Source: Synechococcus sp. AG-683-C23
GTDB lineage: Bacteria; Cyanobacteriota; Cyanobacteriia; PCC-6307; Cyanobiaceae
NCBI GenBank assembly: GCA_003208835.1
Contig: QCVD01000002.1
Coordinates: forward strand, 4,217 to 68,216
Direction: 5' to 3'
DNA: 64,000 nucleotides
Shown: piece after piece, positions 34,698 to 43,381 of the stretch
How the letters are laid out: every line of letters starts with the position of its first letter
How positions within the stretch are numbered: the first letter of the stretch is position 1
Made by a program: the position numbers and the translations under genes
Notes under the pieces: generated by a model
The model's database searches: none
The model's input: only the letters and a program-made list of their open reading frames with translations
What the model was told of the DNA's origin: nothing

Positions 34698-35468
34698 TTA
34701 GACCCGCGCCCGCACTGAGGAACTAAGGGCGGAACTGAGCGCTTCACGGAGGCCACGGACCACCGCCACCATGGCCAACTCGTCGTTGAGACGATTCACC
34801 ACGGAACCAACACCCACACCGGCGGCACCGGCAGCGACAGCCATCGGCAGGGTCACCGCCGACAGGCCAGACGCGCAGAGAACGGGCACATTCACAGCGC
34901 GGCTGATGCTGTGGGCTGCGGCCAAGGTGGGCGCGGCCTTCTCGATCAAGCCAAGGTGACCGGCACTGAAGGGCTTGGCACTGGTGCCGCCTTCGGTTTG
35001 GATCAAGTCGGCGCCAGCCGCCACCAGATCAATGGCCAACTGCTCCTGTTCATCCATGGGCAGCACATGGGGCACCGTGACGCTGAGCACGATCTCGGGC
35101 AGCAGTGCGCGGGTGCGGCGGGTGAGCTCCAGCACTTCAACGGCATCGAAGATGCGACCCTTGATATAAAAGGCGTCGTAATTGCCGATCTCTACCATCG
35201 CGGCTCCAGAGGTAACGGCCGCAGAGAAAAGCTCTGGCTCCACCGATGACACACAAACCGGCACACCACCGGAAGCCTCGATGGCCAGTGCAACCAACGC
35301 AGGATCACAAGCCACATCGATGAGGTCGGCACCACCACGCCCTGCAGCACAGGCGACACGCTCAACACTGGCGGCGTCAAAATTCATCAGGCCAGCGATC
35401 ACCTTGAGGGCGGAGCGCTGCTCAAAGCTGCGCTGCAGAGCGGCGGGAAGCTGCTGAAGACGGGTCAT
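34698..35468 (-). CDS. ycf23: DUF561 / Ycf23 family protein
   Basis: LKVIAGLMNFD, EIGNYDAFY, IQTEGGTS, EKAAPTLA. Confidence 0.88.
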   Translation of the reverse strand: MTRLQQLPAALQRSFEQRSALKVIAGLMNFDAASVERVACAAGRGGADLIDVACDPALVALAIEASGGVPVCVSSVEPELFSAAVTSGAAMVEIGNYDAFYIKGRIFDAVEVLELTRRTRALLPEIVLSVTVPHVLPMDEQEQLAIDLVAAGADLIQTEGGTSAKPFSAGHLGLIEKAAPTLAAAHSISRAVNVPVLCASGLSAVTLPMAVAAGAAGVGVGSVVNRLNDELAMVAVVRGLREALSSALSSSVRARV

Positions 35469-35508
35469 GGGGACTGGACAGCGATGATCTAAGTCTCCCA
35501 TCGGATGG

Positions 35509-36564
35509 GTGACGGCTATGAAAACGACAAGGTGGAGTCGCTGGCATCACCGCTTTCACCAGCACTTACTTGGTCAACCCAAACTTCTTCCACAGCACGG
35601 CCGACTGCTACTAGCGGTTTCCGGCGGACAAGACTCCATGGCCCTCCTACAGCTGCTCCTGGATCTCCGCCATTTACACCACTGGGAGCTCAAGCTCTGG
35701 CATGGTGACCATCGCTGGCATGAGGGCTCAGAGCAAATCGCCAGTGAGTTACAAAACTGGTGCATGCAGCAGGGTTTGCCTTTGCTGCTCAGCCACGCAA
35801 GACCCGTTGAGGCAAAAACGGAGGCCACAGCACGAGACTGGCGCTACCAGGAACTGTTGAGCCACTGCAACAATCTGGCATGCGATGCCGTTACCGCGCA
35901 TACCGCCAGTGATCGCGCTGAGACCGTAATCATGAATTTGGCCCGCGGCAGCGATCTGGCCGGCATCAGCAGCCTCCCCACCAAGCGTGCGCTCAGGGCA
36001 AACCAACCAGATAGTCCAATCGTGCGCCGCCCACTTCAAGAGTTCAGTCGCAGCGAGACCTCGGCGATCTGCACAGAACTACAACTACCGATCTGGGTTG
36101 ACCCCAGCAACACCAGCCAGGCACCAGCCCGCAATCGGATCCGTTACAGCGTTCTCCCCGTATTGGAGGCACTTCATCCTGGCTGCAGCATTCGCATGGC
36201 CGCAACGGCAGAGCGCCTTTCCCACCAGGCAAGCAACCGCACGGAACTCGCCGAACTCGCCTTACAACAACTGAAATGTAATGACGGGCTAGACCGCAAA
36301 AAGATGGGAAAGTTATCCACTACGAACCGGCAACTCCTCCTAGCCAGCTGGCTGAAGTCCAGCAATGTGCCGCAGGTGTCGTCAAAACAACTTCTACAAC
36401 TGAGCGAACGACTCGAGCCAGGGCAACCGGGTGGCAAGGCGACCCTTAGCAAGGGCTGGACGATGAACTGGCAGGGAGAAACGATAAAGCTGGAGCCCGT
36501 AAAAGAAGAGCCGGCAACATCGAAGCCCGTTAATCCAAGAAATTCAGCCAAGAAAGCTACCTAA
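35509..36564 (+). CDS. tilS: tRNA(Ile)-lysidine synthase
   Basis: AVSGGQDS PP-loop, DHRW, AHTASDRAET, DPSN, RNRIR. Confidence 0.96.
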   Translation: MTAMKTTRWSRWHHRFHQHLLGQPKLLPQHGRLLLAVSGGQDSMALLQLLLDLRHLHHWELKLWHGDHRWHEGSEQIASELQNWCMQQGLPLLLSHARPVEAKTEATARDWRYQELLSHCNNLACDAVTAHTASDRAETVIMNLARGSDLAGISSLPTKRALRANQPDSPIVRRPLQEFSRSETSAICTELQLPIWVDPSNTSQAPARNRIRYSVLPVLEALHPGCSIRMAATAERLSHQASNRTELAELALQQLKCNDGLDRKKMGKLSTTNRQLLLASWLKSSNVPQVSSKQLLQLSERLEPGQPGGKATLSKGWTMNWQGETIKLEPVKEEPATSKPVNPRNSAKKAT

Positions 36565-36566
36565 AA

Positions 36567-37340
36567 ATGATCATCTCAAAAGCCAACCAATTTGTATTTA
36601 TCAAAGGCCGTAAAGTAGCCGGAACAAGCGTTGAAGTCGGACTCAGCACGCTTTGCACATCCGAAGACATCTTGACACCAATTACACCCATCGATGAGTT
36701 ACTAAGACTCAAGGCTACAGGCCTAATGGCACAAAATTATGGGGCCAACACAGCCAAACTAAAGCGTTATCGAAAAGCCCTCATCAACTCAGAACAGCAG
36801 GTAGAACTGGACTGGTCATCGATTCGCAAGCCCCGCGGCACCTATCGCGGACACATGAACTTGACCGAGATGGAAGAGGTATTTGGGGGTTTTGATGAAA
36901 ACTGGACAATTATTGCAATCACACGCTGCCCCTACGAACAAGCCCTCTCAAGAATCAAGCACTCCGCGAGCAAGCAGGCGGTACAACAACGCAGCACTGA
37001 ATCACTAGATTCCAACAACGTTTTGTTCCAACAAGCAAAGAAACGATTCATCGAAAACGCATCACTTCAAACCATTCGAATCAACATCGACCTATACAAA
37101 GATGTCCAAAAAAACTTACGTCCGACCTTTTATCTTCGCTACGAACGACTTAATCTCGACTATGCAATTCTCATGCACAAGCTCGGACAAACAACTTTCG
37201 AACCACTCCCACATTTAAAAAAGACAAACACAACCACGAGGGCAACGCCTCAGGACCTCTTCAACCGAGACGAGATTAAAATTATCAATCACTGTTTTGC
37301 AGAGGAATTTGAACATTTTAACTACACCCAGCTTGAATAG
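36567..37340 (+). CDS. Sulfotransfer_2-like protein
   Basis: MIIS...FVFIKGRKVAGTSVE, TRCPYEQALS, RYERL, LPHLK; AT-rich. Confidence 0.75.
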   Translation: MIISKANQFVFIKGRKVAGTSVEVGLSTLCTSEDILTPITPIDELLRLKATGLMAQNYGANTAKLKRYRKALINSEQQVELDWSSIRKPRGTYRGHMNLTEMEEVFGGFDENWTIIAITRCPYEQALSRIKHSASKQAVQQRSTESLDSNNVLFQQAKKRFIENASLQTIRINIDLYKDVQKNLRPTFYLRYERLNLDYAILMHKLGQTTFEPLPHLKKTNTTTRATPQDLFNRDEIKIINHCFAEEFEHFNYTQLE

Positions 37341-37401
37341 TATTTGAAGAGCAGAAGAGAAAAGCGTGAACTGCTGTAAAATCTCAAAAAAAGTTGCTCT
37401 G

Positions 37402-38298
37402 ATGACGAAAACCTTTATCCTCGGCGTCGGCGCTCAAAAAGGCGGAACAACTTGGCTTCACCGCCAACTGAATAATAATAAAAATATCGATTTAGGCTTC
37501 CGCAAGGAATATCACATCTTCGACGCTATTGAAGATTTTGAGAGAGATAAAACAAGCAAGAATCCAAAAAACGGATTTCGAGAAAAAAGAATCAATAAAA
37601 TTCTTAATTCCCACAAATGCGGAACACTTGGCCGGAACCTTGCCAAAGGCCACAAAAAATCGCGCTACACCTCACTTGAACTGGCTTTTATTGACAACGT
37701 TGACAACTACTTTGACTATTTTGACTACCTGTACTTAAAGAATCCCGAAGTAGGAGCAGTAGGGGATATCACCCCAAACTATGCTCTTCTGCAAACCAAG
37801 ACATATCAACTCATTCGCCATGGCCTGGAGAAACGAGGCTTCGACGTTAAGGTCTTTTTTCTCATGCGTGATCCAGTCGAACGCGCCTGGTCGCTTGCAC
37901 GAATGAAACAACGCAAAATGAGTGATGAAAAAAAAGAACAATTTGATGAATTCAAGTACATTGAGAAGACGACAAACAATGGCTTTTCAAGCTATAAATC
38001 CCAATACGACAAGACAATCAAACAGCTTGAGGAAGCCTTTAATCCCGTTCAAATTCATTATGGGTTCTATGAAAATCTTTTTGAAGCAGATAACTATCAC
38101 CGAATTAAAAACTTTTTAGATATCCCACTCAAACCCTTCGACTCGTCCCAGGTATTCAATGCATCCCCAAAAAACAGCTCCTTACCCGCTGAGCTCAACC
38201 ATAAACTGGTACAGCATTTTAAATCAACTTATGAGTTCATTGCAAACAGACATGGAGACGATGTCGTAAAGCTCTGGCAGGGCTATCAATATTTATAA
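37402..38298 (+). CDS. Sulfotransferase family protein
   Basis: LGVGAQKGGTTWL, KEYHIFD, GDITPNY, MRDPVERAWS; AT-rich. Confidence 0.88.
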   Translation: MTKTFILGVGAQKGGTTWLHRQLNNNKNIDLGFRKEYHIFDAIEDFERDKTSKNPKNGFREKRINKILNSHKCGTLGRNLAKGHKKSRYTSLELAFIDNVDNYFDYFDYLYLKNPEVGAVGDITPNYALLQTKTYQLIRHGLEKRGFDVKVFFLMRDPVERAWSLARMKQRKMSDEKKEQFDEFKYIEKTTNNGFSSYKSQYDKTIKQLEEAFNPVQIHYGFYENLFEADNYHRIKNFLDIPLKPFDSSQVFNASPKNSSLPAELNHKLVQHFKSTYEFIANRHGDDVVKLWQGYQYL

Positions 38299-38299
38299 A

Positions 38300-38983
38300 T
38301 CAGGCCCCAATATAACCGCCAGGCCGAATTTGCTGCTTTGCTTCTTCAAGACTGCGCTCATCCTTACGGAGATCGATGAATGTGGACAGGTCCGCAACAA
38401 AACTAGGCGGATCGAGAATTGCTTTTTCGTAGCTGCAAAGGAATGTAGGTCGCTTAAACTCATCGATCAAAGCGATATTTTTCTGTTGATACATAAGGTG
38501 TTGGTTAATAATCCGGGCCGGCAAATGTCTCTTACCTCCCTTCGGCATGCGCTTACGAGAGAGGGGTCGCAATGACGACGCTACGGGATCTCTCATTACG
38601 CAAATCAAGTGGGGATTCCGAACCTGGTTAATAATTAGCGGCAAATATCTGTGCGCACGGGGATACTTCCATCCCCAAACATCATGCATGGCATTGCGTC
38701 GATTGATCGCAGCAAAAAAAGTGCTTACTAAACGTTCTTGATCCTTCTTAATGGCATCTGAAAGCTTGTCAAAATTAAATTCACTGTCTTCATAATTAGC
38801 AGGCAAATCTGAGCCCAGACAAACACCTAACTTCTCAGCAACACGGGCGATCATTGTGGTACCACCACGAGGCACCCCGAACACAATGAACGTTTTCTGA
38901 TTCGGATCGACTGCAGTTGAATCAGATTTAGCCTTCAGACCATGCAAAAATAGGGAAGAAGTAAACATTTTAAAATCCTTCAT
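38300..38983 (-). CDS. Sulfotransferase-like protein
   Basis: IVFGVPRGGTTM, WGWKYP, VMRDPVAS, SYEK. Confidence 0.72.
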   Translation of the reverse strand: MKDFKMFTSSLFLHGLKAKSDSTAVDPNQKTFIVFGVPRGGTTMIARVAEKLGVCLGSDLPANYEDSEFNFDKLSDAIKKDQERLVSTFFAAINRRNAMHDVWGWKYPRAHRYLPLIINQVRNPHLICVMRDPVASSLRPLSRKRMPKGGKRHLPARIINQHLMYQQKNIALIDEFKRPTFLCSYEKAILDPPSFVADLSTFIDLRKDERSLEEAKQQIRPGGYIGA

Positions 38984-39062
38984 ACGCTATTGACTTTTAA
39001 ACTTTTATAAATAATCATACACCTTGTTTATTGTCATTAATAGCAAAAAAATTCCTTTCACA

Positions 39063-39695
39063 TCATGCTGTCGCTGTAACTGAAGCGCGCAGCAGTGCAT
39101 TCGCAGCCGCTCCTACCAACCCTGCACCGCCACGGGTTCCCTCAAGCCGGATATGGCACTGCTCACTCCCAGCGAGGCGAGTTTTGCTTGCCAACACCCC
39201 GACAAAACCCACAGGCATCCCAATGATCAGGCTGGCAGGTCGAGCGCCCGCAGTCACGGTCTCAAGAAGACGCTCCAACGCCGTTGGAGCACTGCCGATC
39301 AACACCACCGGCGCAGGCACTGACACGTTTTCGTTCAACGACGACCATGCCCGCTGGATACCCTCGGCGGTGCGGGTCGATCCTTTTGGCGCCTGATCCG
39401 GAGCCCACTCCAACACCGTCCGCACCGTGCTGCGAACGGTGCGACGCGCCATAGGAGTAACTGCCGCGGCCGCCATCTCCGTATCCGTGAGAATCACCGC
39501 ACCAGCCCGCAAAGCAGCCAGACCGGCCTCACAGGCACCAGGACTGAAGCGCAGCAACTCAGCAATGGATGGATCTCCACTGCTATGCACTAGGCGCTCC
39601 AATACGTCCTGCTCCAACGCCTGCAACCCGGTGTCCCCCAGCAACTCGCGAATCCTGCGGATGCTTTCGGTAAAAATCGGGTGGTCTTGAGTCAT
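39063..39695 (-). CDS. cobH: Precorrin-8X methylmutase
   Basis: ESIRRI, RLVHSSGD, TRTA, IGSAPTAL, GMPVGFV, GGAGL. Confidence 0.95.
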   Translation of the reverse strand: MTQDHPIFTESIRRIRELLGDTGLQALEQDVLERLVHSSGDPSIAELLRFSPGACEAGLAALRAGAVILTDTEMAAAAVTPMARRTVRSTVRTVLEWAPDQAPKGSTRTAEGIQRAWSSLNENVSVPAPVVLIGSAPTALERLLETVTAGARPASLIIGMPVGFVGVLASKTRLAGSEQCHIRLEGTRGGAGLVGAAANALLRASVTATA

Positions 39696-39713
39696 CCCAG
39701 CCATCATCAACCT

Positions 39714-40679
39714 ATGCCGATCCATTTGATCTGGGGAGATGACGCGGCCGCGCGAGATCGGGCCCTCGATGGCCTAATACAGCGCTGCGTGGATCCCAGC
39801 TGGAGCAGCCTCAACCTCAGCCGCCTCGACGGCGCTGAAACGGGCCAGGCCATTCAGGCGCTGGAAGAAGCAAGAACACCTCCCTTCGCCACGGGGGAAC
39901 GCCTTGTGCTGCTTCAACGCAGCCCCTTCTGCAATGGCTGCCCGAGCGAACTGGCCGACCGCTTCGAAGCCGCCATTGAGCTGATCCCCCCCAGCAGTCA
40001 TCTCGTACTGGTGAATCCGGCCAAGCCGGATGGGCGGCTAAGAACCACCAAAACACTGCAAAAACGGATCAAACAAGGGCTTGATCTGGAGCAAAGCTTC
40101 CCGTTACCAACCGCCTGGGACGGCGCTGGGCAACGGCAGTTGGTGCAACGCACAGCGGATGCTTTATCGCTCACGGTGGAGCCAGCGGCCATTGATGCCC
40201 TAGTGGAGGCGATCGGTACCGACAGCGCACGGCTGGAATCGGAACTTCGCAAACTCTCCCTGCGCACCACAGCGATCACTGCCGCTTTGGTCAAAGATCT
40301 TGTGGGCGGACGAGCCACCAATGCTCTTGCAGTTGGGGATGCCCTGCTGGATGGCAATGCTGGGGAAGCGATCGCCCGCTGGGATGCGCTGATCGATGCG
40401 GGTGAACCGGCCTTACGCATCGTTGCCACCCTCACCGGGCAAATCCGTGGCTGGCTCTGGGTGAGCCTGCTCGAGCAACAAGGAGAACGCGATGTGGCCG
40501 TGATTGCCAAAGCAGCCGGCATTGGCAATCCCAAACGGATCTATGTGATGCGGAAGCAGTTGCAAGGCCGCCAACCGAAACGCTTTTTATCTCTGTTAGG
40601 ACGTCTCTTGGAGGTCGAAGCGCTGCTCAAGCGAGGTGCCATACCAGGCCATGCCTTTCGAGATGGACTGCTGGGTTGA
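39714..40679 (+). CDS. holA: DNA polymerase III delta subunit
   Basis: IHLIWGDD, TPPF...RLV, KPDGRL, ELRKL, EPALRIVATL. Confidence 0.93.
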   Translation: MPIHLIWGDDAAARDRALDGLIQRCVDPSWSSLNLSRLDGAETGQAIQALEEARTPPFATGERLVLLQRSPFCNGCPSELADRFEAAIELIPPSSHLVLVNPAKPDGRLRTTKTLQKRIKQGLDLEQSFPLPTAWDGAGQRQLVQRTADALSLTVEPAAIDALVEAIGTDSARLESELRKLSLRTTAITAALVKDLVGGRATNALAVGDALLDGNAGEAIARWDALIDAGEPALRIVATLTGQIRGWLWVSLLEQQGERDVAVIAKAAGIGNPKRIYVMRKQLQGRQPKRFLSLLGRLLEVEALLKRGAIPGHAFRDGLLG

Positions 40680-40779
40680 TGGATTCAGCTCACGACTAGT
40701 TACGTGCTCATCCAAAATTGTATGGGAAGAAAAAGAGCGGTCACAGTGAGACAATCCCCTGCTGTTAGAGACCGCTGAA

Positions 40780-42585
40780 ATGGCCCTGCTGGTGCAGAAA
40801 TTTGGCGGCACCTCCGTTGGCAGTGTCGAGCGCATTCAGGCTGTGGCTCGGCGGATTGCCCGTTGTCGCGAAAACGGGGACGACATGGTGGTGGTGGTGT
40901 CCGCGATGGGTCACACCACCGATGAACTGACTGGACTGGCGAACGCCCTCAATACCTCCCCCGCCCAGCGGGAAATGGACATGTTGCTAGCCAGCGGTGA
41001 GCAGGTGTCCAGCGCGCTGCTCACAATGGCTCTCCATAGCGAAGGCGTCGCTGCCGTCTCGATGACGGGGCCTCAAGTGGGCATCGCCACGGAATCAACC
41101 CATGGCCGAGCCCGCATTCTTGAAATACGCACCGAGCGGATCCGCAGCCGCCTCAGCGAAGGCAAAGTCGTGGTGGTGGCCGGCTTTCAAGGCACCAGCA
41201 CCAGCAGTGATGGCATCCATGAAATCACCACCCTTGGCCGAGGCGGATCCGACACCTCAGCCGTGGCCTTGGCCGCAGCGCTGAATGCCGATGCCTGCGA
41301 GATTTACACCGATGTACCCGGCGTTTTGAGCACGGATCCACGAAAGGTGGCGGATGCGCAGCTGATGGACAGCATCAGTTGCGACGAAATGCTCGAACTA
41401 GCCAGCCTGGGTGCATCGGTGTTGCACCCCCGCGCCGTGGAAATCGCTCGAAACTACGGCGTGAATCTCGTCGTGCGATCCAGTTGGAGTGATGCTGTGG
41501 GCACAAAACTCACCAGCCGCACGGCTCGTCCGATTGGCCATGGCGGCCTGGAGCTGGGCAGCCCCGTGGATGGTGTTGAGCAGATGGATGGTCAAGCCAT
41601 TTTGGCGCTGTCGCGGATACCCGATCAACCCGGCATTGCTGCCCGCCTGTTCGAAACCCTCTCAGACGCTGGGATCAATGTGGATCTGATCATTCAGGCC
41701 ACCCATGAAGGCACCAGCAACGACATCACCTTCACCGTGAATGAACCTGACCTGGACCAGGCCCGTGAGGTGACTCAAAGCGTCCTCAACAGCCTGGGGG
41801 GTGAACTCTCCTCAGAGGGTGGCCTCACCAAACTGAGCATTAGCGGCGCCGGCATCATGGGGCGTCCTGGCATTGCGGCAAGCCTGTTCAATTGCCTCTG
41901 CCAGCAAGGGATCAACCTGCGCCTAATCGCCACCAGCGAAGTGAAGGTGAGCTGCGTGATCGCAGCAGCGTCTGGGCGCAAAGCACTACAAGCGGTGCGT
42001 GATGCCTTTGAAGTGGCGGACTCACAGGTTGCGATTAACCCACCATTGAGCGGCGAAGATGAACCCGAGGTGCGGGGTGTTGCTCTCGATCGCGATCAAG
42101 TGCAACTGTCTGTGCGGCACGTCCCCGACAGACCTGGAATCGCGGCGGCGCTCTGTTCTTCGTTGGCCGACAACAGCATCAGCATCGACGCGATTGTGCA
42201 ATCAGAACGTCAACACGCCGATGGCTCCAGAGACATCAGCTTCATCCTGCGCAAAGACGACCGTGCCCGAGCTGACGTCGCCCTCGCCCCCCTACTCGCT
42301 CAATGGCCCGGCGCAGCATTAGAAGACGGCGATGCAATTGCACGGGTGAGTGCTGTAGGTGCAGGGATGCGCGCAACTGCCGGCACAGCAGGACGAATGT
42401 TTCGGGCCCTCGCCGACGCTCAGATCAACATCGGCCTCATCGCCACCAGCGAGATCCGTACGAGCTGTGTTGTTGCGGAAGAAAACGGCATTCAGGCCCT
42501 ACAGGTGGTCCATGCCTGCTTCGGGTTGGGTGGTGACGAACAGCATCAAGCCCAAGGCAGTGCCTCACCGCTTGAAAAGACCTAA
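40780..42585 (+). CDS. lysC: Aspartate kinase with ACT domains
   Basis: VQKFGGTSV, VVSAMG, TLGRGGSD, YTDVPG, duplicated ACT pairs (ATSEVK, ATSEIR). Confidence 0.98.
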   Translation: MALLVQKFGGTSVGSVERIQAVARRIARCRENGDDMVVVVSAMGHTTDELTGLANALNTSPAQREMDMLLASGEQVSSALLTMALHSEGVAAVSMTGPQVGIATESTHGRARILEIRTERIRSRLSEGKVVVVAGFQGTSTSSDGIHEITTLGRGGSDTSAVALAAALNADACEIYTDVPGVLSTDPRKVADAQLMDSISCDEMLELASLGASVLHPRAVEIARNYGVNLVVRSSWSDAVGTKLTSRTARPIGHGGLELGSPVDGVEQMDGQAILALSRIPDQPGIAARLFETLSDAGINVDLIIQATHEGTSNDITFTVNEPDLDQAREVTQSVLNSLGGELSSEGGLTKLSISGAGIMGRPGIAASLFNCLCQQGINLRLIATSEVKVSCVIAAASGRKALQAVRDAFEVADSQVAINPPLSGEDEPEVRGVALDRDQVQLSVRHVPDRPGIAAALCSSLADNSISIDAIVQSERQHADGSRDISFILRKDDRARADVALAPLLAQWPGAALEDGDAIARVSAVGAGMRATAGTAGRMFRALADAQINIGLIATSEIRTSCVVAEENGIQALQVVHACFGLGGDEQHQAQGSASPLEKT

Positions 42586-42621
42586 GGCCCTATTACAAGT
42601 GAGAAGCATCAACTCTCCGAC

Positions 42622-42993
42622 TTGGACGGCGATTTCCAGCAGACCTACCAAGCAGCAGAGCGCGCCTATGGCGGAGGGGACTATGAGACCGCCCATCACC
42701 TCGCCAGAGAATTACTTAAACAACTGGAGTTGGCAGACCCGGCCGACGACGATCAAGTCCGCGATGCCGTGCTCGGTTGGCGTGCCTTTGTGACCCTTTT
42801 GCTGGGACACGTCGAACTGCATAGCCTTCGGCGGCCTGATCTGGCAGCGGGCTACTACCAGCTAACCCTGGACTGCAACCCACAGAACACCCTGGCGGAC
42901 TTGGCAAATCAACGACTCCAACGCAGCCTTGTTGAACCCGAGGCGGTCCAATCCCATGAGATCGGAACGTATGCCAATCGGACCGTCGGCTGA
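42622..42993 (+). CDS. Hypothetical TPR-like helical protein, possibly the 5' part of a split gene
   Basis: YQAAERAYGGGDYETA TPR-like helix; followed 13 nt later by an ORF in another frame. Confidence 0.55.
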   Translation: MDGDFQQTYQAAERAYGGGDYETAHHLARELLKQLELADPADDDQVRDAVLGWRAFVTLLLGHVELHSLRRPDLAAGYYQLTLDCNPQNTLADLANQRLQRSLVEPEAVQSHEIGTYANRTVG

Positions 42994-43006
42994 ATCCTTG
43001 CTGTAG

Positions 43007-43381
43007 ATGCGGCAAGACCCCTTTCTCAACACTGTTCCTCCTGCCTCAACGTCTGGAACAAGCCAATCCACTGCCATGCCTTGGCTCACGGAGATCAGCA
43101 CCTCTCCACAAGCTATGGGAGCTCCTGCAACCAAGCAGAAACAAACGGGTGAACCAGTTCCTTCAACCCCAGTTCCCTCAGAGCCGGTGGTGACTGTAGA
43201 AGTAGACCTACCAGATAACGAGCAGACCTTACCCCTGCTCATTCCAGAGGAAAGCTTCCAAAACGCCTGGTTGAAAGTTTCGATCACTCCAAAACAAACA
43301 AGGGCTGACTCGATCAGCATCGATCAAGCCAAGCCCTCATCAAGGCTGAAAAGGCTATTGCAAGGCTTACACCGCAGCTGA
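43007..43381 (+). CDS. Hypothetical P/S/T-rich protein, possibly the 3' part of the same gene
   Basis: DPFL...AMPWL low-complexity sequence; its frame also reads open just upstream of the TAG at 43004. Confidence 0.4.
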   Translation: MRQDPFLNTVPPASTSGTSQSTAMPWLTEISTSPQAMGAPATKQKQTGEPVPSTPVPSEPVVTVEVDLPDNEQTLPLLIPEESFQNAWLKVSITPKQTRADSISIDQAKPSSRLKRLLQGLHRS

